This document shows positions 12,045 to 23,029 of a stretch of 64,000 bases of DNA, one piece after another. This DNA comes from Setoptus koraiensis. Taxonomy: Eukaryota > Animalia > Arthropoda. The stretch is taken from NCBI GenBank assembly GCA_048013815.1, contig CM106585.1, positions 2,356,001-2,420,000 on the forward strand, given 5' to 3'. Under the pieces are notes generated by a model that was given only the letters and a program-made list of their open reading frames with translations, had not been told where the DNA came from and did not search any database. Positions within the stretch are counted from its first letter, which is position 1, and the number at the start of each line of letters is the position of its first letter. The translations under genes were made by a program, and so were the position numbers.

Positions 12045-13651
12045 CTTGATTTGATCAATCATCAATTATTCGATCCGATAAGTTTTGCTGTTCATAAGTT
12101 TTCTTCGAAACACAATCTTTAGGATATCAATGATAGTAATATTTACAAATCAATTTATAATTCGTTAGTCAAACTTCGAAGTTTTTTGCTTCAAAGAGCC
12201 AACGTCACGAAGTTCTATTTTTACGTTGACACCGCGTGATGAATATTAGCAGCAAGAGTCGAGACATCTGAGATATTTTCAGATCTTCTCCAACAATATT
12301 TATATCAGATCAAAAATTTCCACTTTAAAAAGCCTTATTCGCTAACAAGTACGTTCTATTTTTACGTTGCCATATTTTGTTTTCTGAATTTTTTGTACTG
12401 ATAATTGTTGAATCTGATTTTTATTGATATGATCTGGAATGTGAGTTAATAGTGTCACTTGAAGAGGATGGGGTTACATTTTGGTCCGTGTTATTTATCA
12501 ACTCGGTATCCAAGATGTTTGAGGTATTATATAAGTCAAACTTAGTTAATGATATGAATATGAGATAATAAAATTGCCGTGCTGAATAATATTTCACTCA
12601 TTCGCCTCAATTCACCGTTCGTTGTCGTTGGTCCTAGGTAGATTATGATTGTTCTCGAGGTGCCTGAAAGAACAGACATTGATGAATTCAATGAATCAAT
12701 TAGTGACACACAAAAACCGAATCTGCCAATTATCACGATGAGAATTTGCATCTTTGACTTCACAATGAAAGATCCTTGTGAGACTGTAACATAACTATTG
12801 ATTTGAGTTAAGCCACCGAGAACTAATGACTACTCAGTCAACCCCATTGCACGCCGCTCAGCGTCGATCGAAAACTTTTAAACTTAGATATCTCTCCTGA
12901 CGTGTTTTCACTTACCTATCGAAGATCGATTCTGTCAGTTTTTTATTAGATTTTCGAACTAATTTTTGACTATGATTCTTTGACCCAAAGTATTGAATTT
13001 ATTGTTTCTCAGTATTGTCAATTAATTGAGAAAAAATTATTTTGACAATAGTGGCTATACAACTCGGTTCTAGTACTTGATGATAAAATGATTCTTTTTC
13101 TCAACATTCGCGATAGCTTTCTTAGCTTAATCGACTTGCAGATAGTAGAGGATGAGACTGAGACAACGAAACTACCCTTAGCTCAGAATTTTCACTTGTG
13201 TGCAAGTACACAACTAATTGTGCAAATCCGAAGGAGGCTGTCCATTGTTGAACAATCAACAACGAGTAAACTTGATATTTATCTTCACAAATAGTTGTTA
13301 GTTGTCTTGTGTCGTTCCTCCGTTTAGTTGAATGGTAGATAGATAACAGCAATAAGCGCTTCCTTCATCCATCCATCATCGATCATAAGCATCAATTCAA
13401 TAAGTAATTGGTATGAAAAAAAAAAATGTTTGAATTCGGCACATAGTTGCTGCGACAATTCATTGTGCTACTATGAGATATGTAATGATGCTAGATGCCG
13501 TCGTCCTCCACTTAGATGAAAAAACTTTATTCGATTTCTCGGCATCAGCTCCAATGAATTGAGCTAGCATTTTGGTACTATCTATGTCGATAGAATAATC
13601 ATCAGCATAAGAGCCCTTGTTAGATTATGTCAACCAGAGGTGACATAATAA

Positions 13652-14749
13652 TCAATGAAAGTTTGTTCTCTTTTCACAATTGGCCTTTATTATTCTCTTG
13701 TACAATTCTTGACGCTTGATCAAGTATTTTAGAGCAGCGAATTTCTCTTTCCATACATCATAGATTCCCTTCTCATCCATTGAGCTTACAAATTTTTCCA
13801 TGTTGCTCAAATAGTTTGTTGTCTTACTTTTAAGTTGTCGCAATTTTTTGCAATTCGCACCATCCATATCATGGTAAAAGTGTACGTCATCATCATAAGC
13901 ATCGTAAAAATCATTGTTTACGCTGATGCCAAGCTTACGACTCATAGTGATTGTGTGTTTCTTTGCAGCATGCAAGTCCATGATAGCATAACTTAAGAAA
14001 AACTCATCGAGTGTATCTTTCAAGAACATCGACCCCCTCAATGGTCTCAATGATCCATTTCTGACACGAGCAAACGACTTTAATTGTTTTGTAGATAATG
14101 TAGCTCCGTCATAATCATCTAAACTATTACTATTGGCATGCATGAGTAGATGCATATTATTGGTCAATACCTCTCTTAGTTCTTTGTTCAACTTTTTAAC
14201 CTCTTTCATCGTCAATAGCATCCATATGGAAGGATGTCTAGTTTGCATATAATTTAGGTAGGAGACATTCTCTAATAGATCGGACGCCTCAATCACTGTC
14301 AATGGTCTTTTGTAAGAGCCAAGAGTGGAACAGGCATGATAGAATGAGGTCAGCGATAAATGTTCGATGAATATTCTGATTCTCGTGACAGGAAAACAAT
14401 GAATTGCATTATATGTTCTATGAGGTGATGATTTTTTCACTTCTGCCACGAATTCCGGCCAAGGCTTATCATAGCGACAGCAACATCTTTTCTGATGCAA
14501 CATCTGATTCTCGAACCCGGTATCTATCGGTAAATACAGATCTTCCTCCTCAGCATACATTTTCTTGGTATCCCATTTCATCTGTGCGTTAGTAATCGAG
14601 AGGTGATTTACACAATGAAGTTTGCAATCAGTGATATTGATATTTTCACATACTTTCACACTTCTCGATGTATGTCGGAGGCATAAAATTAATTCCAAAA
14701 CATTTTGTAAGGCTAGGCCTAAGAAAAGATGCCGAAATATACCAGTCAT
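13652..14749 (-). CDS. Uncharacterised orphan protein, probably secreted (365 aa from ATG 14749; ORF track starts at 14851)
   Basis: A 1.1-1.2 kb uninterrupted ORF in AT-rich DNA with globular composition. It has a hydrophobic N-terminus (MTGIFRHLFLGLALQNVLELILC) and Cys-containing N-terminal part. No family recognised. Confidence 0.65.
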   Translation of the reverse strand: MTGIFRHLFLGLALQNVLELILCLRHTSRSVKVCENINITDCKLHCVNHLSITNAQMKWDTKKMYAEEEDLYLPIDTGFENQMLHQKRCCCRYDKPWPEFVAEVKKSSPHRTYNAIHCFPVTRIRIFIEHLSLTSFYHACSTLGSYKRPLTVIEASDLLENVSYLNYMQTRHPSIWMLLTMKEVKKLNKELREVLTNNMHLLMHANSNSLDDYDGATLSTKQLKSFARVRNGSLRPLRGSMFLKDTLDEFFLSYAIMDLHAAKKHTITMSRKLGISVNNDFYDAYDDDVHFYHDMDGANCKKLRQLKSKTTNYLSNMEKFVSSMDEKGIYDVWKEKFAALKYLIKRQELYKRIIKANCEKRTNFH

Positions 14750-15439
14750 TGTTATTTTGTCGGGCTTAAAAACGAAAAAATATAATAAATGGACAAAAAA
14801 TGGTATGGGTGCGGAATGTTGCAAAAATCCCAGACATGTTAATATGTTCATTCACTAGTAACAGCATATAAAAGAAAAGCTTATTTTTAGAATCATTCAC
14901 CAGAGCGAGATACATTGGTCGCCCTGTACCGACCAGCTATATACGCTTGAGATATTGTTGTTGTTTACAACGTTTTGCGAAGCCTTGGCTACATTAGAGC
15001 AAACTACTAGCTTGACAGCCGCAGCCTCTTTGTTCAGTCTAGATCGAATAACATCCTTAGAACCTAAGGTCAATAGTATGGAATATGCATATCGAATTGA
15101 GAAAATAGAGACATCAAGTGCGAATGAAAAATTGATTGACGCGTTGGAGGGATCTGCGCCGTATCATTTATTAACATAGTGGTAGCCAGATGTTCGCGAG
15201 AGAAACCCTCGCAAGTGTCAGCTACTTTCACTGATACACATTGCAGACAATTTTATTCATATCCCATCTATAAATTTCAAATAGTATGCCAGATCGTAGA
15301 TTTTCTGAATGGCTGAAAGCATGATTATTGTAATACAATGGATATAATATTATAATAACAAAATTCATCTACACAAACAATCAGCATACAAATCGAACCA
15401 ACCACATATCCATCATTTTGTTTTGCCATCAAGTTCAAG

Positions 15440-18235
15440 CTATATGCTGTCTGATGTATTCATTTTCTCAATCATTATGCATCCTCCATCTGGTTCATGG
15501 TCACTAGATTGGTCATGCTGCTGGCAGGATTGCTTGCTAAGATCCTCATTAGACAATCCTGATCTTCTAAGTCGTTTGCTCGATTGTCGTTGTTGGTTAG
15601 AGCAGAGCGACATTGGCGGTGATTGTGTTGAGCAAAGTGGATTTGATTTCAACAATACCCCATCACTGGGCGACGAAATTGAGGGAGAATCTGCGCTATC
15701 TAAATGATGTCGTTGATCGGTATTGATCAATTGATTAAAATTTGGTATATCTATTGATTCCTGTCGATGCCGGTGAGATGGTGATGCTTGCATTTGTGCA
15801 AGACTTATCAAGTTGGATTGTATCTGTTGATTGTTGTTATTGCTATTGTGGTTGTTGTCATTCGAGCAAGCATTGTTGTTATTGTTACTATTATTACTGA
15901 ATGGGAATCGGGATAGGTGAGAACTATGTGTCAATCGCTGTTGATGCTGCTGATGATCATGATGTTGATTGCTATTATGCAACAGATTGTGATGCTGATC
16001 AACGTGATTATTTTGGCTGTTCTCAGACTGAAGCTCGTTAGAATAGGTGTCAAATGTTTGCTGATAATTCATCTTGATTTGCTGTGACTGCTCATTGGTA
16101 TTGCCGCTGTTTTGTTGCTGAGTCACGTGACGCATAAGTAAATCATCATTGTGATTCAGCGTAAGATTTGGTTGCGAGTCTCTATGATGATTAGTATTTT
16201 GTTGTTGCTGTATTGAGCCATCCAGTGTAAAATCTAGACCAAAGTTGCTGCTGTCGCGATCTAAATTAGTTAAATGTTGTTGCTGTTGGCTTTGGAGATG
16301 GTGGTGATTGCTCATTTGATCACTCATTAAATTCGACAGAGGGTGCTGTTGTAAATTGCTGTTACCATTATTATTATTATTACTATTGTTATTATTATTA
16401 TTACTATTATTGCTATCTAAAACACTTGCAAGTACATCCGAAGTCGACGTTGTATTGAATGTTGGTAACGCTAAACTCAATAATTGTTCATTTCCGTTTG
16501 TAGAAGTGCTACTCAACAACATACTGTCGTCTAGAGAATTGCCAGATAAAGTCGAGCCCGAATGCTGGTGCGGCAATGAGTGCTGATGATGAAGATGACG
16601 ATGACAATTTTCATCATCAAGATGATGCTGCCCAACATCATTATGGAAGTGATCATGAAGGTGCTGGTTTTGTTGGTTTTTGTGATGGTGTTGTTGTTGT
16701 TGCTGCTGTTGTTGCTGTGATTCTTGATTCGCGTGCTGATGATTTGGGTGTTGCTCCATATTATTATTTGGTTGCTGGTGATTGTTGCTTCGATGCTGCT
16801 GGAGATTATGGAGATGATGATGTTGGTGATGATGATGATTATTTTGGTGGTGTTGGGGGTGGTGATGGCCGTGTTCATTGCCAGAATGAGCCTCAATCAA
16901 AGAATTTGTAATCATCTGTTGTTGTAATTTGGCATGATTATGAGGATCATGATGAAGAAATTGTTGCTGATGCTGATGATGGTGGATCGTATGAGTATTT
17001 ACTTGACTAATCTCAGGTGATAACATTGAAACATCGTGCCTTTGAGTGTCACCCATGACTGGCTCGTCATTAGTATTCCTACTATAATTGTTGTTATCTG
17101 ACCTATGATGCAATAAATGATGTTGCTGATGATGATGGTCATTGCCGTTCTTGATGCCACTATTAATAGTCTCAGTCTCGTTTAGAACGATGTTATTGCA
17201 AAATATATTCCCATTAGCATCTATTGTATTATTATTACTATTCCTATTATTACTATCATTATTATCATTATAATTACTATTATTATTTGTATTGGTATTA
17301 TTGTTACTATTGTTTTTACTACTGGCGCCATTACTTGTTCCCACAAGAGGCTGGTGATAGTATTGACCTGGCGAATTATTCAGTCTCATCATGTGATTTA
17401 TAGATATTGCATTTGGCGTACTCTGGCTCATAGGCGACATGATGGATGCTCTTGAAAGATGATCCAGTTCAAATGATGTAAATATACAACTCGCTGAAAT
17501 ACTGGACGATTCCATCTTTTCTTCATCTTCTTCCAGATCCTCATCGAATGTTAAACCAATTGCTTCAACAGATTGCATCTGATTGTGTTTGTATCCTCGG
17601 AGGGCTTCATGACTAAAGATATAATTCGCCAAATAAAGATCCAACTCACGAACAGTCACATTTGTGTGATGTGGATTCACACATAAATTTGGATGAAGAC
17701 ATAGGGGCGACTTCTCCAATCGTTCCCCATCTGTGCTCTCCAATGGTATAGCTTTGAATAGAATAACCATAACAAGATCTAAGCGCCAAACTTTGTCAGC
17801 CTGACGAAGACAGTCTATACGTCTCATCTTGCCTTTCTGGTCTGGATTACTCAAAATACAGGTAATCCTTTTCTTTCCGGTCATACCAAGAACAAATTCT
17901 TCGCGATACTCTTGCATAATGTCCTTACGAAGCTTTCCTAATAACCTGGATGCCCACTTTTGTTTGATTTCATTTCGTTCGTTCTACATTACAAAATTAA
18001 CAACATTATTCAAAGATTAGACATAGAATGATGAGGCTTGACAGCTATATGTTGTGATCGATCATCACTTGTTACATACCTGGAGTTCCTCTTTGCATCG
18101 ACATTCTTCCTCTATGCTCATGCGCTTTTCATTCTTTTTAAAAAACTTCCTTTTGGTAGCCTGCAAATTGAACCAACTGTAAGCGAAGGCTTTAACGTGA
18201 GGCAGCAATGCTTCGATGAATGGATGGAAGTCATC
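15440..18235 (-). CDS. NFI: Nuclear factor I (CTF/NFI) transcription factor, core exons complement(join(15440..17983,18080..18235))
   Basis: The DNA-binding/dimerisation domain is clear: [34 protein letters not shown], spliced at CAG|GTATGT...TGTAG|AAC (96-nt intron) to [22 protein letters not shown], then [49 protein letters not shown]...[10 protein letters not shown] long N/H/Q-rich C-terminal region follows. Confidence 0.96.
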
Positions 18236-21200
18236 CTTTAGGAGATAATGAAAAGAATGAGGTGAAGATATATTATTCAATTGTTGATTCATATTGATCA
18301 TTTTCTTTTAGTCAGCTGCGTTGTAGGCGCAAGACTTTGATGCATCATTATAAACAAATAATATTGTATCATGAAATTAAGTAGCATCTTCGAGTCGAGA
18401 ATCTACTCTTGATAGAAAGTTCTTATCCACTCTCAACTAATTAAGATTTATCCTGTTCGTCATCAGCAAAAATTAGCTGTTGCACTAGGGCTAATATATC
18501 GACCTTAACCTTGAAAGCGCTACTACTCAAGCTATTAACTCTAAGTAAATGAAGAGTTATACATGTTCACTGACATAGTGTTCATGTGCACCATTATACC
18601 TTGCGTTGATAATACTGTTCTGCATTCTTCCTAGCTGGTATGTCGAATCGCTTTGTTTCAGCGCCAATTGAGATAGTTTAGTCTGCTTGCATATGAACTT
18701 TTATGTTTAGATAAAAGCTCTATGATCCAAAGCAGACGAGATCACTACGTCAATAATAATTGAAGTTCTATCAATCTATTGTAAGTGTCTATCAGTCATG
18801 TTACATGACATATATTCAGCGCGCTACAAATGAGGTAGGTGTTCTATTTACATATTTGCACTTCCACTACTACCTTACGCCCGGCACAACTGTCGCTATC
18901 TGCTCTCGTGTACGTCTTTTACGCTGGTTATCTACTCGTCCAATATGAGTTTATATTTTAGATATATATATATCTAATGGAAGATATATAAACGTCTCCC
19001 TTCCTATTCTCCATACTCTCAGTTTACACGACATATGTGCGTGTCTATATAATATATTCAAATTTTAGGACTTATAATTCTTTGGAGCTTACGTTAATTG
19101 GTGTACATGTGTAGCGGGTTGCCCGCCATGTTCCCTTTGCGTCGTGTCTCAATGTGAACATAAATATATGAACATTTGAGAAGTATTCACTGGCTATAAA
19201 ATATATATTACAAAATATAGCCTCTCATCGTACAGGATGGAAACTAATGGTTTTAGTAAACCTTTTATCTACTAGAACAGCAACTCGGGAGAACCAGAAA
19301 TGCTTGTAGCCTATCTCATTTACTGTTGTTTCTATCTGATGTTCAGACAACACTGTGTGTTTTCTATCGCACCGACACTATTACTATCTATTATTATTCC
19401 GAGCTGAGCCATCATTCGGGCGACATGTTTAGAGGTTATTCTAGCAGAGACAAATCTACTACACAGATTGTGCAGTGCACAAGAATAATAATCTCTCGCA
19501 AAACTATCTCATTTTGTAGTTGCATCCATTCGAACAGAATAAGAATGAACGTTGACGCAGATATCTTAGACTCAAAAGTTTACACTGATAGCAAACCAAG
19601 AGGAGCAAGGCTTCTTCGGTGGAGCAAGTTTATCTTGCCATCTCCATTTCTCTCATTTAGTTTATGTCTGCCATACCGCTGCTACTAGTGCGACTAGAGC
19701 TATTACTAGTAAGAGTGATCTGTCTTGAAATCAACTTGACTAGTGGAATATCGCCGTGATTGCTTTGCGTCGCAGCCAACATCTGCGATGCAGACACTCA
19801 CGTGAATGGCATCAAATCCCGAGAATTCAGCCTATTCGACGGACATTCACAGTTTTGTTTAGTTGGTACTTCTGCTAACTAATGTCATTATGATGATGAT
19901 CCTATACACACATGATTTCCTAGGATGGGGCTGAGTGCAATTCAACGCCGCACCTACATTGTTGTAGCAACGTAAAATATTTGTTGATTCTGGCTAGATT
20001 GCTATATCGGTCCCCTTCTTCATAACCTATCTGACTGTGATCTAAAATTACACATCACCATCATCTTTGCATAAAGTCCAGTCGATGTCGGTAATTGACA
20101 GTAAACTGTCTTCAGAGCCCAGTCAAGTCGGTCTATCGGACTTGTTGCAATCCTATTAATTCTTGTTTTTGCGGTGACATCACGTATAGCTGCTCACTGA
20201 CTTCTGGCAGCTGTATAATCTCTACCACCATATTTGCACTCATTGCTCACCATTATTGCATGCTAATTAGCGAACAGAATTGGTCTAGATTACGGTCGAT
20301 TCATATTTCCAAGCTAAAGGAGTTAGCAGTGCTCTTCTTCCTGGTTCCATACTCATACTTCTTACTGACAACAAACAATTTTAACCCTTCTGACATCGGA
20401 GATATTTGAGAAGGATCACTAATTGAAATTGCTCAATGGAGTGAGAGTAGAAATATGTTTTCACTCTGATGATTATTCATCTAATATTTTTTTGTCTGTC
20501 TCACTCACAATATTATCCATGGTTTTATATTTTAGTTTCCTTTCTTTTTACGCTGGTGAAGAAAATCTAAATGCCTGATAGATAGCTAGCTTATCTGATC
20601 CATTAGAAAGCATATGATTAATTTATATAGTTTGTATTCTGACTAACAAGCATTTATATTTCACAGAGGTGCTGTTGAGTCTAATTGATATATCCTATTT
20701 TTTTGTATTTAGCTTTTTAAACGGCTCGCTACTAGGATTTTTTCGCACAACAGCATTTGTTACTTATTGAGTTTATAGGACTGCTATTGGTTAGAAATAA
20801 AAATATTATCACAATTTATCTGCAGCTGAGACTCTTTACCATGTTTCGAGTTCTGTTGTCGCAGTGATGATCTCAATCACATTCACGTTGCCTCTTTCGG
20901 TTCCTCTATTCTTCAAGTAACTGTAGGCCTTATTATTTACATATTGATACATAGAAATTTCCTCCATTTTAAACTAAATTATAATATTTGTACTAACTAT
21001 GATAAAATAATTGTTTGTCTTAACGTATTAAAATAAAGGGAGCAGCGAACTTGTTGCCGCTCACAAGCAGAGCAGTTATAGATGCAAATCGCTATAGAGA
21101 GAACATTTCGTGTTTGGCCCGCAGAGGCTACACCATTGTTGGTGTGGCGCATGCATGCCTCTTGTGAGCTTGGGATTGGGAGCTGTTGACTTGGGGAACG

Positions 21201-21406
21201 CAAATGCGGGCCCTAATCACACAGCTAGCGAACTAGTAACATTGCACCGGCGCCAAATTCAAGACGCAACAATTTTTTTTTTTTGTCACAAACATTGACT
21301 GGCAATAGTCCTAATTCACCGATGTCGATAATTTAAACAAACTCTCGCAAAACAAAGATAAAAAGAGCAGTCTCTTCAGAGCAACAATAAAACATCTAGA
21401 TCTTAC

Positions 21407-23029
21407 CAATGCCAAAGAGTCGCCGCTTGGAGGCGTCGGCTCATTTCGTTGTTGACACAAATTAATTAACGATGTGCCACCATCAATTGTCTGATGATAC
21501 GGGCCCATGTTTGCAACTGGGCAGTGTAAAGGTGCAGAATAGTGATTGTTGCATCCACTGTTGTTGACAGCATGCAAATTGTCTGTTATATTTGAACCTG
21601 GTGCTGTAGATGTGGAAAATACATAACTGGGAGTAGATACCACTGAATGTGTGTCATGTTGTTCTGATGATGCTTGTTGTTGTTGTTGTTGTTCCTGCTG
21701 TTGTAGGTGTTGCTGTTGTTGGTGCTGAGACCCTGGGTCGGCATTGCTGGTCAATTGAGATCCTGATCCTATCTTGTTGTTCAATTGTTGTTGATTTGTG
21801 TCTATTGTATCAATCATTGAATGGTGCTCCTGAAATTGATGCAAAGCCACAGGCTCTGATTTAATCTTTGCGTTATTGCTATCACCGTTTGCACTGCTAC
21901 TGCTGCTACTACTACTGCTACTACTAATACTACTGCTACTGCTGATGCTACTACCTCCGCTGCCGCTCCGGTTGGCCTCACCATTGATTAAAAAGTCGGA
22001 ATGATTATGATTTTTTTCGTTGGAATGCCTCGAGCTCATGGTACTGTGGCCAAGGTAATCAGAAGAGGATGACAGTATGAAAGGTGAAATATGACACGAT
22101 GAAGCTCGTGTTGTTCTAGGACTTGACGTTGACCTGTCGTCAAAAATATTAGCAATTATAGGTATGTGGCTACCGTTATTATTAGTGCTGTTGTTGTGTA
22201 GTGCTGTCGCCGATACAGAGCTGGGCCTAATGAACGAGGATCGTTTGCTGTGGCTACTAGTTGCATTTGCCAAAGTGACAGAGCTATTTTGTTGATTAAC
22301 TTGAAGCATGGGTTGGTTATTATTAGCGAATAACTGATAGTCTATACTTGAAGCAATTGATGTGGGCGACGACACCTCAGACGAAACAGATGGCGATGAT
22401 TTTGATGCGATGGTTGCTTGACTAGAATGATGATGCAAACTGTTATTTGCTCTAGCATTAATATTGCTGTTATTTAAAACAAGCAAAGATTGTTCGTTAA
22501 GACTTGAAGTTTGCTGATGGCTCGCAGCTGCCAATGACGAGACTCTCGAATGATTGAAACGATTCAGATGTGACAGATGATTAGGATGATGATGATTATT
22601 ATTATTAGTATTGGTAATAATATGGCATTTTGATGACGATGAAAGCGATATTAGAGGGATATCTTCATAGTAGCCATTGATTGACTCTTGATGGCTTGGA
22701 TGTTGTACCAGTGGCTCTACAGTTTTTGTTGTGATTGTTTGGTTTTGCTGCTGCTGCTGCTGTTGCCCATTCGACACTAAATATGAATTGGACAAGATTG
22801 GCCTATAATGGCTACTGTCCAGATTCATGCTATTATTGTTGATATCTCTTGTTGGTGTTGTTGCTGTTGAGCACTTGTCTTTGGTCGCAATATGTTGCTG
22901 ATTATGAAACTGATGGTCATTGTCATTCTCTCTGTGGTGCAGTCTTTGATGGTGATGCCGATGTTGCTTGCTGGAACCATACTGATATTCAGTAGTTGCA
23001 ACAGTAGCGCCATTAGTAGCTGTAGTCAT
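21407..23029 (-). CDS. 541-codon S/Q/H/N-rich exon; probable first coding exon of NFI (read-through ORF is 572 aa to 21311)
   Basis: ATG at 23029 follows an AT-repeat. A TTG|GTAAGA donor at 21407/21406 is in phase 0, matching the phase-0 acceptor CTCCTAAAG|GAT at 18235. No globular domain is recognisable in the exon. Confidence 0.6.

Noticed and set aside
12440-12795. Coding-looking fragments on both strands (e.g. MIVLEVPERTDIDEF...)
   Set aside because: Under 75 aa, interrupted by stops, with no consistent frame or recognisable homology.
16356-16927. Plus-strand ORFs opposite NFI, and similar ones opposite the 54.9-62.2 kb gene and the Ig gene
   Set aside because: Antisense shadows of codon-repeat-rich true CDSs.
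19326-20409. ORFs of 120 and 104 aa in the long NFI intron (possible nested genes)
   Set aside because: Non-ATG starts, atypical composition and no motifs.
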